A stretch of DNA of 64,000 bases from assembly GCF_006345805.1 (NCBI RefSeq), contig NC_043005.1:59644001-59708000 (forward strand), in the 5' to 3' direction. This stretch comes from Octopus sinensis. Taxonomy: Eukaryota. Shown one piece after another: positions 27,001 to 41,849 of the stretch. The notes beneath the pieces are model-generated. The model ran no database searches and was not told the DNA's origin. It saw only the letters and a list, made by a program, of their open reading frames with translations. Each line of letters starts with the position of its first letter. The stretch's first letter is position 1. The position numbers were made by a program, and so were the translations under genes.

Positions 27001-28139
27001 TAGTTAAACTGCATGTTCTTCAGTGACTTAGGAAAAGGTAGACCACGTATCATACTCAACTACAAAACTCAATCATACTTTAGATATGTACAACTGACAT
27101 CACAATGCACACTGCATGGCGGAAAAATTTTGGCATATTTTCAATCCGACTTTAAGACTTACAAATGTTCCGCACAAAGATGGCAAATATTTTCAATTTT
27201 TTGGAACATATAATTCATGAGACTACACAACAATACTCTAAATATGATATAAGAATGGAAAACAAAGCAGAAACGTCAAACTAAATGCGTTAAACAACAA
27301 GTACAACTTCAATCATTTTTATATCCTCAGGTCTAAAAACAGATCTACATTTCTTACAGGTACGTTAATTTAGATACGATATCTGCCGGAGCAGCGAAAC
27401 GCATTGATACAAGCATTGAGTATAAAGACACAACATGTATATTTAAAATAGTTTACTCTCAAATATTATCAGTCAGAATGTAAGATGTATTTTTCTTGTA
27501 GATTTCATGCGGTGTGCGTGCCAAGATATGTAATACCAATCTTCTTTAACTGCCATGTAGGCTCAGATGCTTCCACTAAATTATCCAGTGTTACTGCTCT
27601 CATTAATTTTAATTTTTCACATAGGTGCAGTAACAGCAAAATAATGCACTTAATTTATAATAGTAATCGAATATAAGGAGCGGACAGAAACAATACAGTA
27701 AAGTAAATTTAAAGGGACCTATAAATATACACTGGATAACGTAACTTTCGTATTTTGTTACTTTAGGATACCTACACCTTAGCAGTACAAATCGTTAACT
27801 AAGTAATCTAGTTATTTCTCTTTAAAATCATTTATTGAACTAGCAGTTAGATGGCCATGAAGATTAAATTTGGCGTGTGCTTCAATGTGATAAATGTGAT
27901 ATAAAATCCCATATCGTATCTCAAATATGTTATACTTTAACTCTGCGTTCTAAATCTGTTTTTCATCTTTTTTAGATTTTAGATTGTTACAATTAATGCT
28001 GTCAAGTTAGAAGTAAATTAATCACACTAATTTAGCCACAATAATGAGCACCGTAATTCTGTAACAGTACTGTATTCGACAATTGTGATGTCAATAATTT
28101 CACATGAAATAACACTGCTTTAATGACATTTTGATGGCG

Positions 28140-28560
28140 TAGGATTAACCCACTACGGTTTAAGTAAGATAGTATTTGCATTTGCGTCCATTAAATGTTC
28201 GTTCATCATTTGCTGTCAGTGTTGCTAGGCATCTTTATAAAGTTGATTTCAGTTGAGCTTCGCTAGCATTATTGACGCCGTCTGATGCGTTTGCTTTGCT
28301 ACATTGTTGTTCTAAAAAGCGTGCTGTGGGTAATTTCGTTTCAGTATTTTTGAATGCCGTCTATTTTCAAGCACTTAGTGTTGATATATTTGCGCAACTG
28401 TCTCTTGTTATGTAAATATCTGTTGCTTCATCGTAAGGTTTATTTAGAAATAACTGGTTACGTTTGTCTTGAAAAGCGCATGTCTTAAATAATTTACAGT
28501 TTATTTTTGCTTTCTTAATGCTATTCATTGTGGCTTTTATTTTCATTAACAGTTTGGATG
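28140..28560 (-). mobile_element. Possible decayed Gypsy-type gag fragment
   Basis: One frame with scattered stops: KLFKTCAF...KPYDEATDI...RCLATLTANDERTFNGRKCKY, loosely like gag TCEF and the zinc-knuckle region RCx..ANDCRF..KCxYC. Confidence 0.25.
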
Positions 28561-31369
28561 GCTTATATAGTTGGTGCAATGTATGATATTGATTACATTG
28601 GCGCACAACGCTTCATTAACTTATTTCAGCACGCTCCTTTGGAGAGGCGTCAAGGCAAAATACCCAGGAGGTTGCTTTGGCTCTTATACCTTTTTGCTAC
28701 TGTCATATCAATGTTGTTTCAGCTTCCTTAAAATAGTTTCAGGTAATTTCTTTCTTCAATTCAAGAACATGATATTTCATGTAAGATGGCATTCTTCTTT
28801 AAAATTGGATGACAGCCTATTCTTCGCTGTTGCTTGATACTTCTCTTTTATTTTGTATGTCGTAATTTTCCAAGTTCATTGAACTGGTTTTTACGTATTC
28901 CAAAGTGCCTACATTTATATCTCTCGGGGAAAGCTGATACAATTGTACTAATAATATAATGCATAGTAGAGGAAATTTTCTGATAGCTTACATACGATCA
29001 TAATGTCTTTTTTACAATTGATCACGTAAATCTTTTCTACTAATATTACAGAAGTCGTTTAGCAGTAACTCAACATAATCACGAAAGTTACCTAGGAAAG
29101 TACGTCGCATATAAATAGCTCTTCACGATTTAAAACATCTCTGGTGAATATTTCACACTAATCAAATGAATTTGGATTAAAGTGTGTGCTAACTAGATTT
29201 TCTGACTTTAGTGTATGGTCACTTGTTTTGATTGATACAACTCACCGCGATTATTATACGCTGTTTCCTCGGAATACACCCTTTACAATTTGATGGCAAT
29301 AGAAACATGCTCTAGTTATCCGGTTTACCTCATCCTTCACTAGTTAAGACAAGCTATAAATATTTGAATTTTGTTCCACAAATCACTACTCATAGAGTGT
29401 TGTTACCTGGGTGTATTCACAATTACCACCATACACCGTGACGTAAACATCGCGATGTGTTTAAGTTGGAAAAGCATAAATATCGTCTAATTTTTAAGTT
29501 TTGATACAATTACAAGAACCATACTTCATTAATTTTTCGTTTACATCTTTGGTTAATTATTGTTTTAGAAAGAAAGGAGACCACAATATCTTGACTTTTT
29601 TCAAGCATAAAGGTATTATTTGCGTATTGGTTGCGATTTTGAAAATAACACTACTTCTAGGAAAAACCACTTGTAAATGGTAACGTTTGGCATCTGGAAT
29701 AATTGATAAATTATTACTGGTTTTCTATTCATCAAGTCAAATTCCAATACCAATGTCAAATACATTAGTCTCATCATATACTTGTTTCTGACATGTGATG
29801 ATATTGATGAATTCTTCATAACCTACACGATTGAAACTTCTGAAAATACGTATTATTTTCTTAATATTTTTTGTATCTTTAGTAATTCTGTTATAAAATG
29901 AAAGCTATTTTCCTTAGCAGCGCTGGTATGAATTGGCACACTCAAATTTGATTTGTAATTCGCTGACGGTAATAACAAATATAGAAGTGCTATCGCTTAA
30001 AAAGTTTTGCTGTTTTTCTTCTGTTTTTGAGAAAGGTATGCCACTAAAAGAACTGCTTCTCTTTGGATGAAAACTGTTTGCCAAAAGCAGATTCGCGAAA
30101 TGGATACAAATGATCGATGCTTTTTATTGACTATTCTTTACTGCTACATCAATGGAAGTCAGAGTTTATTGAGGAAATGAACTCAGCCAAACAATGGAAT
30201 TTATCAAGCATAATCAACTTAGCAAGACAAGAGCAGAGTTTAACTTTCATTACTTCATGCCTCACCAGAATGCTACTGGCTCTTCGAGGCAACATCGCCT
30301 CTGCGGAAAGCCAAACAGTTTTTGTCTTGAGGAAGCAGTTGTGTCCTTGAAATTTACAGGCCATGATAGACTTTTGAGATTGATGCAGTAAGTCAACAGC
30401 TGCAAGTTGATGGAAAAACATGAAAGGGAAGCAGGAAATTAATGAACGGCTCATCTCTGATGAGAAGAACTACAAATAGTGGTTTGGGGCTATCATTGGC
30501 AAGAAGAGAGACAACTGCATCGGAAAGTCTTGTGTAGAATTGGCACAAGACTAACGGACTCAGAAGAGAAGAAACCACAGGAATACGAGTATAAATGGTG
30601 AGGCGGTCATGTACTCTTAGAGCAGCTACGATTGCATTTATTATAATCAATGCAATTAGCAACCACTTGGTGACAATCAGTTTCAGTGACCTTTGTGTGT
30701 GTCACCTAGTGACCATACTGTTCCAAATGCTAGAACAGTATTTTATTGTGAGTCATATATTGTGAGTCATAATATTGTTACTAAACATTGGCGAAAAAAT
30801 TATCATTTTGTTACAAGAAAGCAACATGCCATAAAATGTGAAGATTTCAATTCTGTTTTTATTGATTGCATTGGAGAGATAATCCGCCAGGAAACAGTGA
30901 ACTAAAAATGATATACTAATGTTTAATGTCTCACTGTATTTATTTCTCGCCTGTCTGTGAGACCAACGATTTCCTTTGCCTTATTGCCTTTTGTTTGCTA
31001 TCATTTATTGTGATTAGATAAAGGTCATTCAGGCGTAAATATTACAAGCTGATTAAAAACAATTTAAATTATATATTTCAAAAGAAGAAATATGTATTAT
31101 TTAAAGGCTCTGGATTACTTCACGTCTTGTGCATATTTCTTCTATACCTAGGTTAGAATGATACGTTTTTCGATAGGTTTCCGGTGACGTAAGCTTAATA
31201 AAGACTTTGTGTTGGAATGTGTGTTAGCTTTCATTGCAGGACATTATATATCTTGCTGGGAAATCAACATGTAGTACAGGTGCATGCAATCCAGAGTGTT
31301 TTGCATTCTGCATAATGACAGTAAAGAGCACATACATGAGAATTTCTGATTAGTGATTGCTTATGTAAT

Positions 31370-31658
31370 TGTTTGTTCCTTCTCGAGCCACGCTTAGCTC
31401 ATAAGGACCGGTATCCCAGTTTCATTGACGCATAGGTTCCCCCACCTAGACGGAACGCCAGTCTGTCGCAAGTAAGCTGCTAGATGCCGGAGGAAAGTGT
31501 GAGAGAAAGTTGTGGCGAAAAATATTAGCTGAAGTTCGCCATTACCTTCTGCCGGAGCCGCGTGAAGCTTAGGTGTTTCGCTCATAAACATATATATCAC
31601 TCGGTCTGAGATTCGAACCCGAGAGTCCGCTGCTCTAACCACTAGGCCATGTGGCTCC
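31370..31658 (-). mobile_element. tRNA-derived SINE (family D-type head, different 3' tail)
   Basis: Minus strand ggagccacatggcctagtggttagagcagcggactc...ggttcgaatctc gives A and B boxes; the head is homologous to 14990-14880. Confidence 0.85.
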
Positions 31659-32213
31659 ACGTGAAGGCTTACATATGTTAGAATTTATTTCCTGAAACAG
31701 GTTATATTTACTATACGGTAAATATTATTACTTTGATTTTGACAATATGTACATCACAGCTGTGATAATAATACAGGAAAATTACAGGGTTGAATTTCAG
31801 ACATGGATTCATTTAGTTGTGGCACTCTTTTAAACTATTTATCATATTTTAGTAAATATATGCACGACCATTGCACTAAGGTTTAGAAGTTTGCTTTGAA
31901 ACTACTTGCGCCATGTTTTAAAATTGCTTCGCATCACTTCTAGAATATATCTCTCACCGTAGAGGTGGGTTGTGTAACATTTAGTGAGGGGAATCTGGTT
32001 CATAGAAATTACGAATATGTAACACACATATATGCGTATGACTTTTACCTACATATATTATAGAGAAAGCCAGAATTTTAAAACAAGCCTTCTGTTATTC
32101 GTCTCACTATCAGAAAATGCAGGGAAGCATACTTGAAAACCTGAAAGCAGCGATATCATTCACAAATCATAATTCAGAGAAATACCCGACCAAGAAACCT
32201 ACAACCCACAATA

Positions 32214-32269
<56 letters not shown>

Positions 32270-33025
32270 GGGTTGCTTGCGTGTGTACGTGTGTGTGTGT
32301 AACAAACAATACCTAATTCTTTGTAGGTGTTTTTTGTGCTTAAACATCACCAGTATTTGCTGCTTCGTAATTTGTTCTTCTAAGAAGAGTGCTTCGTCCA
32401 TACTGTTTGGAGACATAGCTCCTTAAGGTGAACTGGACAATTTCTTTAATAACTTTTATACAAACCTTCAATAAACTGTCTGCTCTCATTACTGTATCTC
32501 ATGGCAACATGCTTTTCTATTATATTTTATTTTTACTTTTCAACCAATAAGAATATCATTCCAATAATCTATATTCTTTCAGTATAGTTTCTTCTGCTGA
32601 TTCATTTTTCGTCGTATCAATATACAAGCTGCCGTCAGGCTGCAACATTTTCTTCAACGGTTTTAGCCAATTGTATCGACCATAGTTTTTATTTAAGTTG
32701 AGCATTTTGTTAGCCAATTTACTCTTAACGATTGCTTCAGTAAGCCCATTTACAAAACAAATAACAATAAAAAAAGAAAAACCTCACAAATTTTGATCGC
32801 ATACACGTGAAAACATATGTGAGTCAGTGTATATGTGTATGAGTGTGTGTGTGTGTGTGTGTGAGTGTGTGTGTTTGTGAGATCACGACGAGCTTTAACA
32901 GTGTCTGGCGTCCCCTCAAAAATTTTGTATGTAGTATAATCAACATGTACAAACATACGCCACTGAAAGAACAAGCGAGACATATGTGATAACGAAATGA
33001 ACTTCACACAGATGCACATACATGC

Positions 33026-33076
<51 letters not shown>

Positions 33077-33763
33077 TATTCTCTCTAGTATATTGTGAAT
33101 ACATCTTCTCGTATGCAGCAATGCTATAGTCTGTTGGATACGAGAAAATTAATATAAAGAAATAAGTAAATAAATGAATATATAATCAAATAAAAGAAGC
33201 AGGATTTTTGGTAAAAGTTCAAAAGAGAGGAAAAATCAAAGTTGTGATGTTAGCATAGCAAAACTGTTGAATATAGTAATTTGAATATGTCTTTCAGGAA
33301 TTTTCATCTGTCTAAAGAACGGTGTGTTTGGAAATGAAAACAATCGAGATATTCTGTACAACTGGCAGTCAAACTAGTTTTGCAAATAGCTGTAAATAGA
33401 AAATTTGGATTGGCGAAATTACAAAGATGAAATATATTGTAGTTTATGAATAATAAATTTTTCTGCTTTTGACAGTAAAATTTATGGCAGAAGGAAATAG
33501 AAAAATAGATCTGTTTCTTATTTCCTCTTGACTTGAAGGCGTTTGGCAGCGAGTAAGACCTTGTTTAAGAATAGAAGCACTTAAGATCGAAATCAAATTA
33601 AAGATCTGTATGGCTGTGCCGTTGTGAGGTTTTCAATAAATGGTCAGCTGGGTAGGTTAGTGCAGTTTGTATGTATGTGTAATGGTTGTGTTAAAGATAA
33701 CCATAGATAAATGACACGAATAGAGGTTTAAATAAACAATTTACTCTTTAAAGAAACAACTGC

Positions 33764-33850
33764 TACTGCTGTTGCTGCTGCTATTACTGCTGCTGCTGCT
33801 GCAACTGCCTTGGCTATTGCTGCTGCTTCGACCGCTCTAACTACTGCTGA
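33764..33850. repeat. Imperfect (GCT)n microsatellite
   Basis: Read directly: actgctactgctgttgctgctgctattactgctgctgctgct... Confidence 0.85.
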
Positions 33851-34487
33851 CAGATATCATTACCGCTTCACTGTTTCCTTTCATTATTTCTCTCTTACAC
33901 ATGTAGGTTATTCTTGAGTATTTCTCCAGAAATCAATTTTGAGATTGCTGCAGAGTACTGGAAATGGCAGCCATCCATACTTCTTTGCACATTCCCACTA
34001 ACACGGCGAAACAAAGGCGTACTTAGGTATCTTTCTTTATTAAAACACATCTTCTGTTGGAAATCTGAATTAATTACCGATCAGTCTATTTGTCAGAGGT
34101 GAGGATAGCGGAAACGTTCGAATTACAAGAAATTATAACTAGGTCTCCCTTGAGACACAGGCAATAATCTTTAAAGGCAGAAAGTTGCGGGTCATATGGT
34201 ACCAGTAATTCCGGTTAAAACAAGAAATGGGACTTTTTATATTCCGGCTGCAATAACATAGCTAACGTGGACCTAAATAAAAGTAAAAAGGACGACGGCC
34301 TGTCATACTAGTAATAATGATAAACAAAATCTTTTCTACTATAGGTACACGGGCTGAAATTTGGAGGGGAGGGAATAAGTTGATTACAACAACCCCAAAA
34401 AATGAATTTGAACTCAAAACGTAAATATGGACAAAATGCCGCTAAACTTGTTGCCCGGCGTGTTGACAGCTCTGCCACATCGCCTCC

Positions 34488-34554
<67 letters not shown>

Positions 34555-35142
34555 CCCTGATGCAGTACCAGGCAGTGGCTTCTGATCTTTAACTGATTGG
34601 AAGTGTTATCATGTACATTGTTTTGTCTTGGTATAAAAGATGGGCTACAGCAAATATTCTGCTCAATACCACAGATTTGCTTGTCAGTTGTTTGACCGTA
34701 ACCGGTTGACCATGTCCCTTGGTGGCTGACGATATGTACTTCTCTGATCACGAGCAGAAGTGGTGGAGGAGCATCATAGCCATGTGTTGAGAGGGATTCT
34801 TTGGGGTTTGAATAATTCACCTTTGGAAACATGGGTCTTTCGTTCAACATACTTAAACAACCCTTATTCAGGGACCTTTTGAGTGGGATGGGTTACTTGA
34901 CCAGAAGAAAATTATAACTGGGCCCCACCTGCAAGGTCATGTGCTGTTTATCTTGATATGAGATCACCATGTCGCACACATATGGTTGTGATGCATGTGC
35001 CTAGTGTACCCTTATCGGACGGGTAGTCATGATGGGTATACTGGGCTTCGTATATTTTACCCCAGTGTCACTTTGATGGCATGAACTGCTCTCTCACTCA
35101 ATAATAATAATAATAATAATAATAATGATGATAAAAAAAATA
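34488..35142. mobile_element. ~550-bp higher-GC element flanked on both sides by (TAA)n; probable non-autonomous retroelement
   Basis: (TAA)n at 34488-34550, unique core at ~34552-35099, (TAA)n at 35100-35137. No recognisable protein motif. Confidence 0.55.
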
Positions 35143-38100
35143 ATAATAATAATAACAACCACCAATTCTTACGCAAAACAAGTAGAAGATCCAAGAAGAT
35201 CTAAGTGGTTGTGTTACGTACTAGAAATAACAACGAACTTCCTAAAATTACCTCCTGCCATCTAAAATATGATCATATAAGATAATGTAATCGTATATGG
35301 GGCAACTACGAATAGTATGGCTGGAGCTAATTTTCATTACCAACTAAATTGAGCATTTAAGTTTGGAGATGAATTTTCAGCTCAAGGCGGCAAATTGATA
35401 GAGTCGCTATAATTACGGGTAGGATGCTTTGCGACATTTTTACTGTGATGATTTAAGATCTGACTTCAAATCCATCGAGATTACTTTACCCCGTCACTAT
35501 TTCAGAGTCACTAAACAATGTACAACTTTTTCAGATTCTTATTCTTCTGTCTAGCCTAAGTGCTCTCGCTTCCTCTGTAAGAGATCAGAAGAAATAAGGC
35601 CTTCACAAGGATGAGATGTCTCAGTCATGCCGAACGTTACGGCGGTGACCCTGAAATTCTATCGGGAGTAAAAGGCCCAAGGTAAGTTAAGGCAATTGAC
35701 ATCATGTCTAAGGAATCTTCCTAGGTTTCACGTGTAAATCACAGACTTTTGCTCTGAGCATTCGACATTTTAATATGTGAACCACTTACCTTGTAATTGT
35801 CAGCTGTTCTGACACGTAATCTATGTAAGAATATAAAAAATTATCCGTTGCTTATTTTCAAGTTCAGTTTTGTGTATCCGGCCAATGCAGCCACCATCTG
35901 TCAGACATTTGGAAGCGTCTACACAGGCTTTCAGAAGCCTGTCTCATGAAAGAAACCATTACAGAAATGGATTCCTGGAGAAGCCCTTCAGAAAGGAAGC
36001 AATGAAAGAACACTAGCAACAGCTTAAAACTTCTGAGCTAATTGTAGTGGTTTGATATGCCTACATAGAATGTAATACCGCTATAGTATGGCTGGGGCCT
36101 TGCTTCCATGAGATGAAACACACCTAATTATATATAATTGGAAAAGCTGACACTATACGAAAATATCCCATTCAATTCACAAACATTTACCGCGAATTCA
36201 AACACAAGCTCAATAAAATGCAGATATGATAATAAATAAAATACAGGTATGATAGTAAACAAAATACAGATATGATAATCAATAACGTAGCGTTAAAGAA
36301 ACGGCACAAAACAATCAGGAAATTGGACATGATTTAAATTCATTTTTTGTTATCTCCAGGGCTATCAAATTAAAAGCTGGCAATAACTGCTCAGTTGTCT
36401 TCCCAACTTACCACAACTAAATATGCATACCAATGCAAGACATAGAAGCTGAATGCTAAATTTGTGGTTTACTTTGATAACACAAACACCGAAATTCTGT
36501 TACATATTCTGAACTGGCCACTTCAGAATATATTATACATAACACTGAAGTTACTTGTCTCCAATGGAAATTATGCAAGGAAAAACAAAAACAAAGCTCT
36601 ACCAACTGTATCATGGTAGGTGTATTCCCCAGAGGCTGTTGTGAAAAATAAAATAGTATGATGTAATACTTTGTACTATGTAAATACATACATATAAAAA
36701 TAGCGGAATGAAGCTCTATTGTATAAAAGTCATTAAATCCAAGACTTGTAAACATATTGATATCGTTTGCCAGACAGGCAATTACTTCTCAGTAAAGAAA
36801 AATGGAAAAAGTGTAAATAGAAATATCGATAATATTTAACATAGACAAAAGAATATGCCTTCTAATTATAGGCCTGTTGGGATGTGGAAAGCATGATAGA
36901 AAGCAGAAAAATCGAAGGCCTAACATGTAAATTCTTTGATATATAAAGTTCAGAAGATGATACCCTGGGAATTGAAGATATTTTGCAAAGACTTTTATCA
37001 ATAAAGAAATGCTGAAAACAACAAATCTAATCTAGCTGCATAAAAGATACGCAATGGCTTCCGGAGAATAAAGTAATGCTACTGTAAATGAAACAATATA
37101 GTCATTTTACAGAGCTAATACATCTCGGATATTCAAGTTAAAACTATGTTTGTTCTTATAGCATCACTGGGAACAAGGTCCTGGACAATAGTTCAATAGA
37201 TTGTGAGATATTATGAGAGATATACCGAGAACAGATTTACGGAATATATTGTTTTTATCTATCCTAGATGAATATTATGGAACTTCGTTTGAGAAACGTT
37301 GCTTTTGTTTAGCGTGAGATGAAGCTCTGATCACGCCAGCCTATGATCAAAGTCATTCAAGATATGACCATCCCGTATTCATTCCTTTGTTGGATAACTT
37401 GGCTACAACATCTAATTCATCCTTTTGTGATTGGAGGGATATTTGACTGGTACTATTGGCATGTGAAGGGACTGTTCAAAGGATCTATCATTGGCTCCTT
37501 TGGAGTTGAATATACGTGGCCTCAAGTAATCGTACGTCATGCAATATAGAACAAAAGAAACAGAACCACATGCACAAGTATATGAAACAGATAAGATAAA
37601 ATAAGCAGAACAAAGAGGGAAAGCAGCAGAAGAGCACGATCAATTATGAAGCAAGTATAGTCTCAATAGTAGATATAATATTATTGATAAAATACACCAA
37701 GTAGCTTCATCATAAATTACAGATTCAATATATTTAATTTGCAAATGAATCTTTCCATGGAACCCAGAAAATCGCACAATCGGATTTTTGTAAGTTAACA
37801 CACACAAGAATAGAATATAGTTACTACGCACATAAAGAGAAGGAAGAAGGATGATTCAGATTAAAAAGAAAACAGTTGGAAATTAACTACAGCAATTATA
37901 AAAAGTAAACATTGTGAGGCAAAAGTAAACAAAAACAATAAACTCATTATAAATATAACAGAATAAGAACGATTATACAAAATACGAAAACAAAAAAACA
38001 ATTCAGTACAATGAGAAAACGTTTAGAGACGTACAAAGCAACAGAGCAGTTAAGGGAAAGATAACATGAAAACAGAAGTGTTGATAAATGTTAAAAAACA

Positions 38101-38404
38101 CGTAAGTGGATCGAGAAAAAAAACACACATTTCCATGTTAAAAGAAATAAAATTGATGCAGTACGAAAGCGATGAATAACTTAGAAATAGAGAACATGTT
38201 GAGGTATATAATATCATTGCCAAGGAACAGCCAATCAAATAAGATAAATAAAATAATATTGCAAGAGTCTAACTGTCATGGTAGACAACATGAACATATT
38301 GGTTATCTAGTCAATATAGCACCTGTATAGATTGCAAAAGAAAACATGAAACTTGATCCTTATTGTAGAAAACTGTACATTTAAATAACAATTGTTTTAA
38401 AGTT

Positions 38405-39160
38405 CGCACCAGCTGTTTACCATTTGTAGCATACAGTTTTTGATGATCCATTTACAAGATATTGCAGATTGTTTTGCCGTAACAGTTGTAACCACATCTA
38501 GTTCTGTTTAGCATGTCAAATGAAGGTGTCAGCATCAAGCAGAAAATTAGAGGAGAGAGCATGTCTCCCTGAAAGATTCCTCTTCTAATGGGGATGGTTT
38601 TGGTTTTTATGAGTCCCTCTTTTGTCTGTTTGCCATTTGTTCATGGAATGTTTGATATATTTTATGATTATTAGTGCTACCTAGTGTTTCTAAGATCCAT
38701 GTTTGGGAAATACTATCAAAAGCTTTTCAATTATCCAGCCAAGCTATACTTAGGCTCCTCTTCTTTCTTCGGCTGCCTTCAGTTATGGCTTTATTGATCA
38801 GTAGCTGATCTTTACAACCTTATGAACCCTTGGAACATCTCTTCTAATCTTCTGGAAACAGGTTGTTTTCTTTCTGATGTTTTCCCATTCTCTGCGATCT
38901 TCTCTGTAGCAAAAGCTTTGTAAACTCAAGAGAATGTTTGTCAAAACAAAATTAGAAGTTAGTTTTAAAAGTAATTTGATTATAAGATGATAATGTGATA
39001 TTAAGTTGAGAGTAAAGGGCGTTGCCTTTATAACAGTTTCATGCATGCGTCTACTGTAGCTATGTACATTTCTGTGTTCCCCATGCCTGTGCAACGTTAT
39101 CTTTGATGAATACAGAATTGTGTTTCTATAGTACATATATTTCCCCTTGTAGGATCTCTT
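38405..39160 (-). mobile_element. R4/Dong-clade non-LTR retrotransposon reverse transcriptase remnant
   Basis: Minus strand: GCKDQLLINKAITEGSRRKKRSLSIAWLD..KAFDSI; IRRGIFQGDMLSPLIFCLMLTP...RTRCGYNCYGKTICNIL*MDHQKLYA (cf. QGDSLSP...HLLYMDDLKLYA). Confidence 0.85.
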
Positions 39161-39853
39161 TCATTGTTTCTGGTATTATAGCAAATTTGAAGCATGCTAA
39201 TTATGCCGGGAGTAGGTGTTATAAATGTTAAGTATCGATTATCTAAGAATATTAGTGTTATTTTATTACGTGATAGATGTATAGATTGATAAAAATTATT
39301 GCTGGAGTTGTATTTTATTCTTTTGTTTGTGGCGATATATTATTATAGGTAAGATTTTGGTAGATGCTATTTAATAAGGCGATATTTACATATAGTGTGA
39401 ATTATGTGAGTCTATATTTCTTATTGATTATGCAAGTTACGTCTTGTGTTCAAAGTCTGTACTGTGTCGGTTGTACCATTGAACCGAATGGCGACCAAAA
39501 TTGAACTCAGTCATTCATTTCCTTTGTTGTGTTGTGATACGTAAATTTGAAGTTATAATATGCATATCAGTTTAGAGCAACACTAAATATAGTTTAAGTA
39601 TGCTTGTTTATAGACTTGTAAGTAGAGTTTACAACTGTCAAGTAATGGAATCTGTTAGGAAATTTACGTTCTTCACATTTATGAGCTTTAAATTAACAAA
39701 TTACATGTTACAACTTTCTTTATAGTTTTCTTACAGCGTTGAGCAATACACATAACAGCTGCCAGGAACCTTTCATTGAGCGTAAGTAAATGAAATTAGT
39801 CGATTGACTTGTAAAATACACGTAATGAAATAATCAGAATTCGTATTGTATTA

Positions 39854-40330
39854 CAGGGTGGAGCATAAAGATCTCCCATATTGGGAATGAATATAAGAAG
39901 AAAATGCAGCCATCCAGGAACAAGTTTATTATGTTTCTAAAAGGACATAAAAATAGTTTATTTCACTGGGTTTTAAAACAATATTGGGAAAATGGCAGTC
40001 GTTGTTGGCAATACATTGATGCAGTCTTTCCCGGAAGTTCTCCATGACACTCAGTGTCATCTTAGGTTGTATTGCATTTATTTCCTTACGAATCCTCAAT
40101 AGTTAGAGGACGATGTCGGAAAATATTTTTCTTTGGGTGCCCTCGAAGGAAAAAGTCACAAGGGTGACCTTGCCGGCCACCTCACTTCTGCCTCAAGGTT
40201 TCTGAGTATTCTAAGGATGAATACCAAAATGATAGATCTCAGTCTTCCAAATGAAATCTATCTCGCTTCCCTACTTCTAAATCCACACGGTGACTCCTCC
40301 AAATGTGGGAGATCATTATGTCCCATCATG
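39854..40330 (-). mobile_element. Internally deleted Tc1/mariner-superfamily element (CAGGGTG-type TIR)
   Basis: TA|cagggtggagcataaagatctccca at 39854 and diverged reverse complement tgggagatcattatgtcccatcatg at 40306-40330. Residual C-terminus: ARSP..CDFFL.GH...IRKEINAI...VMENFRERLHQCIANN. Confidence 0.8.
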
Positions 40331-41773
40331 CACTAAACTAAATATATGTCAAATATGTCATTACCATTTATATCGCGAATAATGTCGTTTGTCTAGAAAA
40401 CATTTCTGATCGAGAAGACCTGTTACCAAAAGCATTCAAACCATGATCATTAACTCTTAGTTTTGTATGTTCATATTTTAAAACAGCTGAGTATGGTCTT
40501 ATGGTAATTTGACTGATGTTTTTTTGTTGATAAAGCAATTACATGGCGTAATATAATGTTAATTTAAACCTATGTTTTCCTATGCTGAAGGTGAGGAAAC
40601 TGTTCTCAAATTTTCATGTTTTGCTGTTCATGGGTAATGGGTGTCTTACATATATAAACTATATGCAATGTATATGCACTTGTGATTATACTGGGAAAAC
40701 AGGTGAGATATATCTTTGCCATTCCAACGAAGGGAACTGTTATATCATCATCTACATCAGATGTTTTTTCTTGTTTATATTCAACCCCAAACCTATAATC
40801 GAGCTGATCTATGATAAATCACCTAGACTCCAGGCATTTAAATTCCTTATTTGTTTTGTATGTATCGTGAACCGTGAAAAACAGGATTACTAAACGCAAA
40901 GAGATTTCTTTTAAAAATAAATCGTAATTATAGTCATTCAAATGTCGCTCAATCTACTCCTTCGTTTAAAAGTGTATTTAAGACAAAATTCCTGAAATTA
41001 AAATATATATTACAGTCTCTAATTTTAATTATCGACGTCAAGCATTGCCCTTTAGTTTCAGTAACAAAACTGTTTATACAAATATTTGCAATCTCACATG
41101 GATTCCTTAATTAAGTATAATTGACCCTCATTAAAAAAGGAGCAAACAAATGATGAAATTAATTCACATTAGTAAACTAGTTGTGAGGTTCATTGAACTA
41201 ACTGATGAAGGTGAACTAGTTTCGAATTTCATTAAGCTAAGCAGGTGCACGTATCTGAACTTTTATCAAGTTAAGTGGGTCTTCAAGTTATTTTCTGCTA
41301 AAATCATGGCTTCTAAAATTACAACTGTAAAACTGAAATTTCAGCAGAGAAAAAGACAATTTGATGTTTCTTTCTCTCTCCATAGTTCTCTAATTTGATC
41401 TTTCTCTCTCACTCTCTCACGCTCTCCCTCTCTTCCATTCTATCTTAAACACTTTCTTTCTCTTCTTTTTCCCCCTATCACTCTCGTATTATTTCAGTTT
41501 TAATGTTTTGTATATTTTCTCAATTCCAATTTAGCACACAAGGCTGGGAATTCACAATGATTTGATAAATTTAGATAATGTCACGTGAAATGAAACGATG
41601 CTGACAATAATGGCAACGATAAAGATATAATAGGTTAGCTGACGATGATGAGTAAAAGAAGGATGGCGTCTAGGTACATATATACAAAGATACAAATATA
41701 CATACATATACAAAAAAAACATATATCTCACTCTAATATTTATATACACACATACACATAAACACACACACGC

Positions 41774-41841
<68 letters not shown>

Positions 41842-41849
41842 TATTTTAC

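Noticed and set aside
30060-30700. Cluster of overlapping ORFs in GC-elevated sequence, including a TM-like frame
   Set aside because: Probably an old TE remnant; I could not identify a diagnostic motif, and the hydrophobicity follows from strand base skew.
33899-34064. Minus-strand AG/GT-bounded open frame (xFQQKMCFNKERYLSTPLF...KNNLH)
   Set aside because: Weak polypyrimidine tract, no motif, and a length expected by chance.
35800-38400. A-rich plus-strand stretch, possibly an older Dong/R4 5' region inverted relative to the RT fragment
   Set aside because: Too degenerate to recover a convincing motif by eye.
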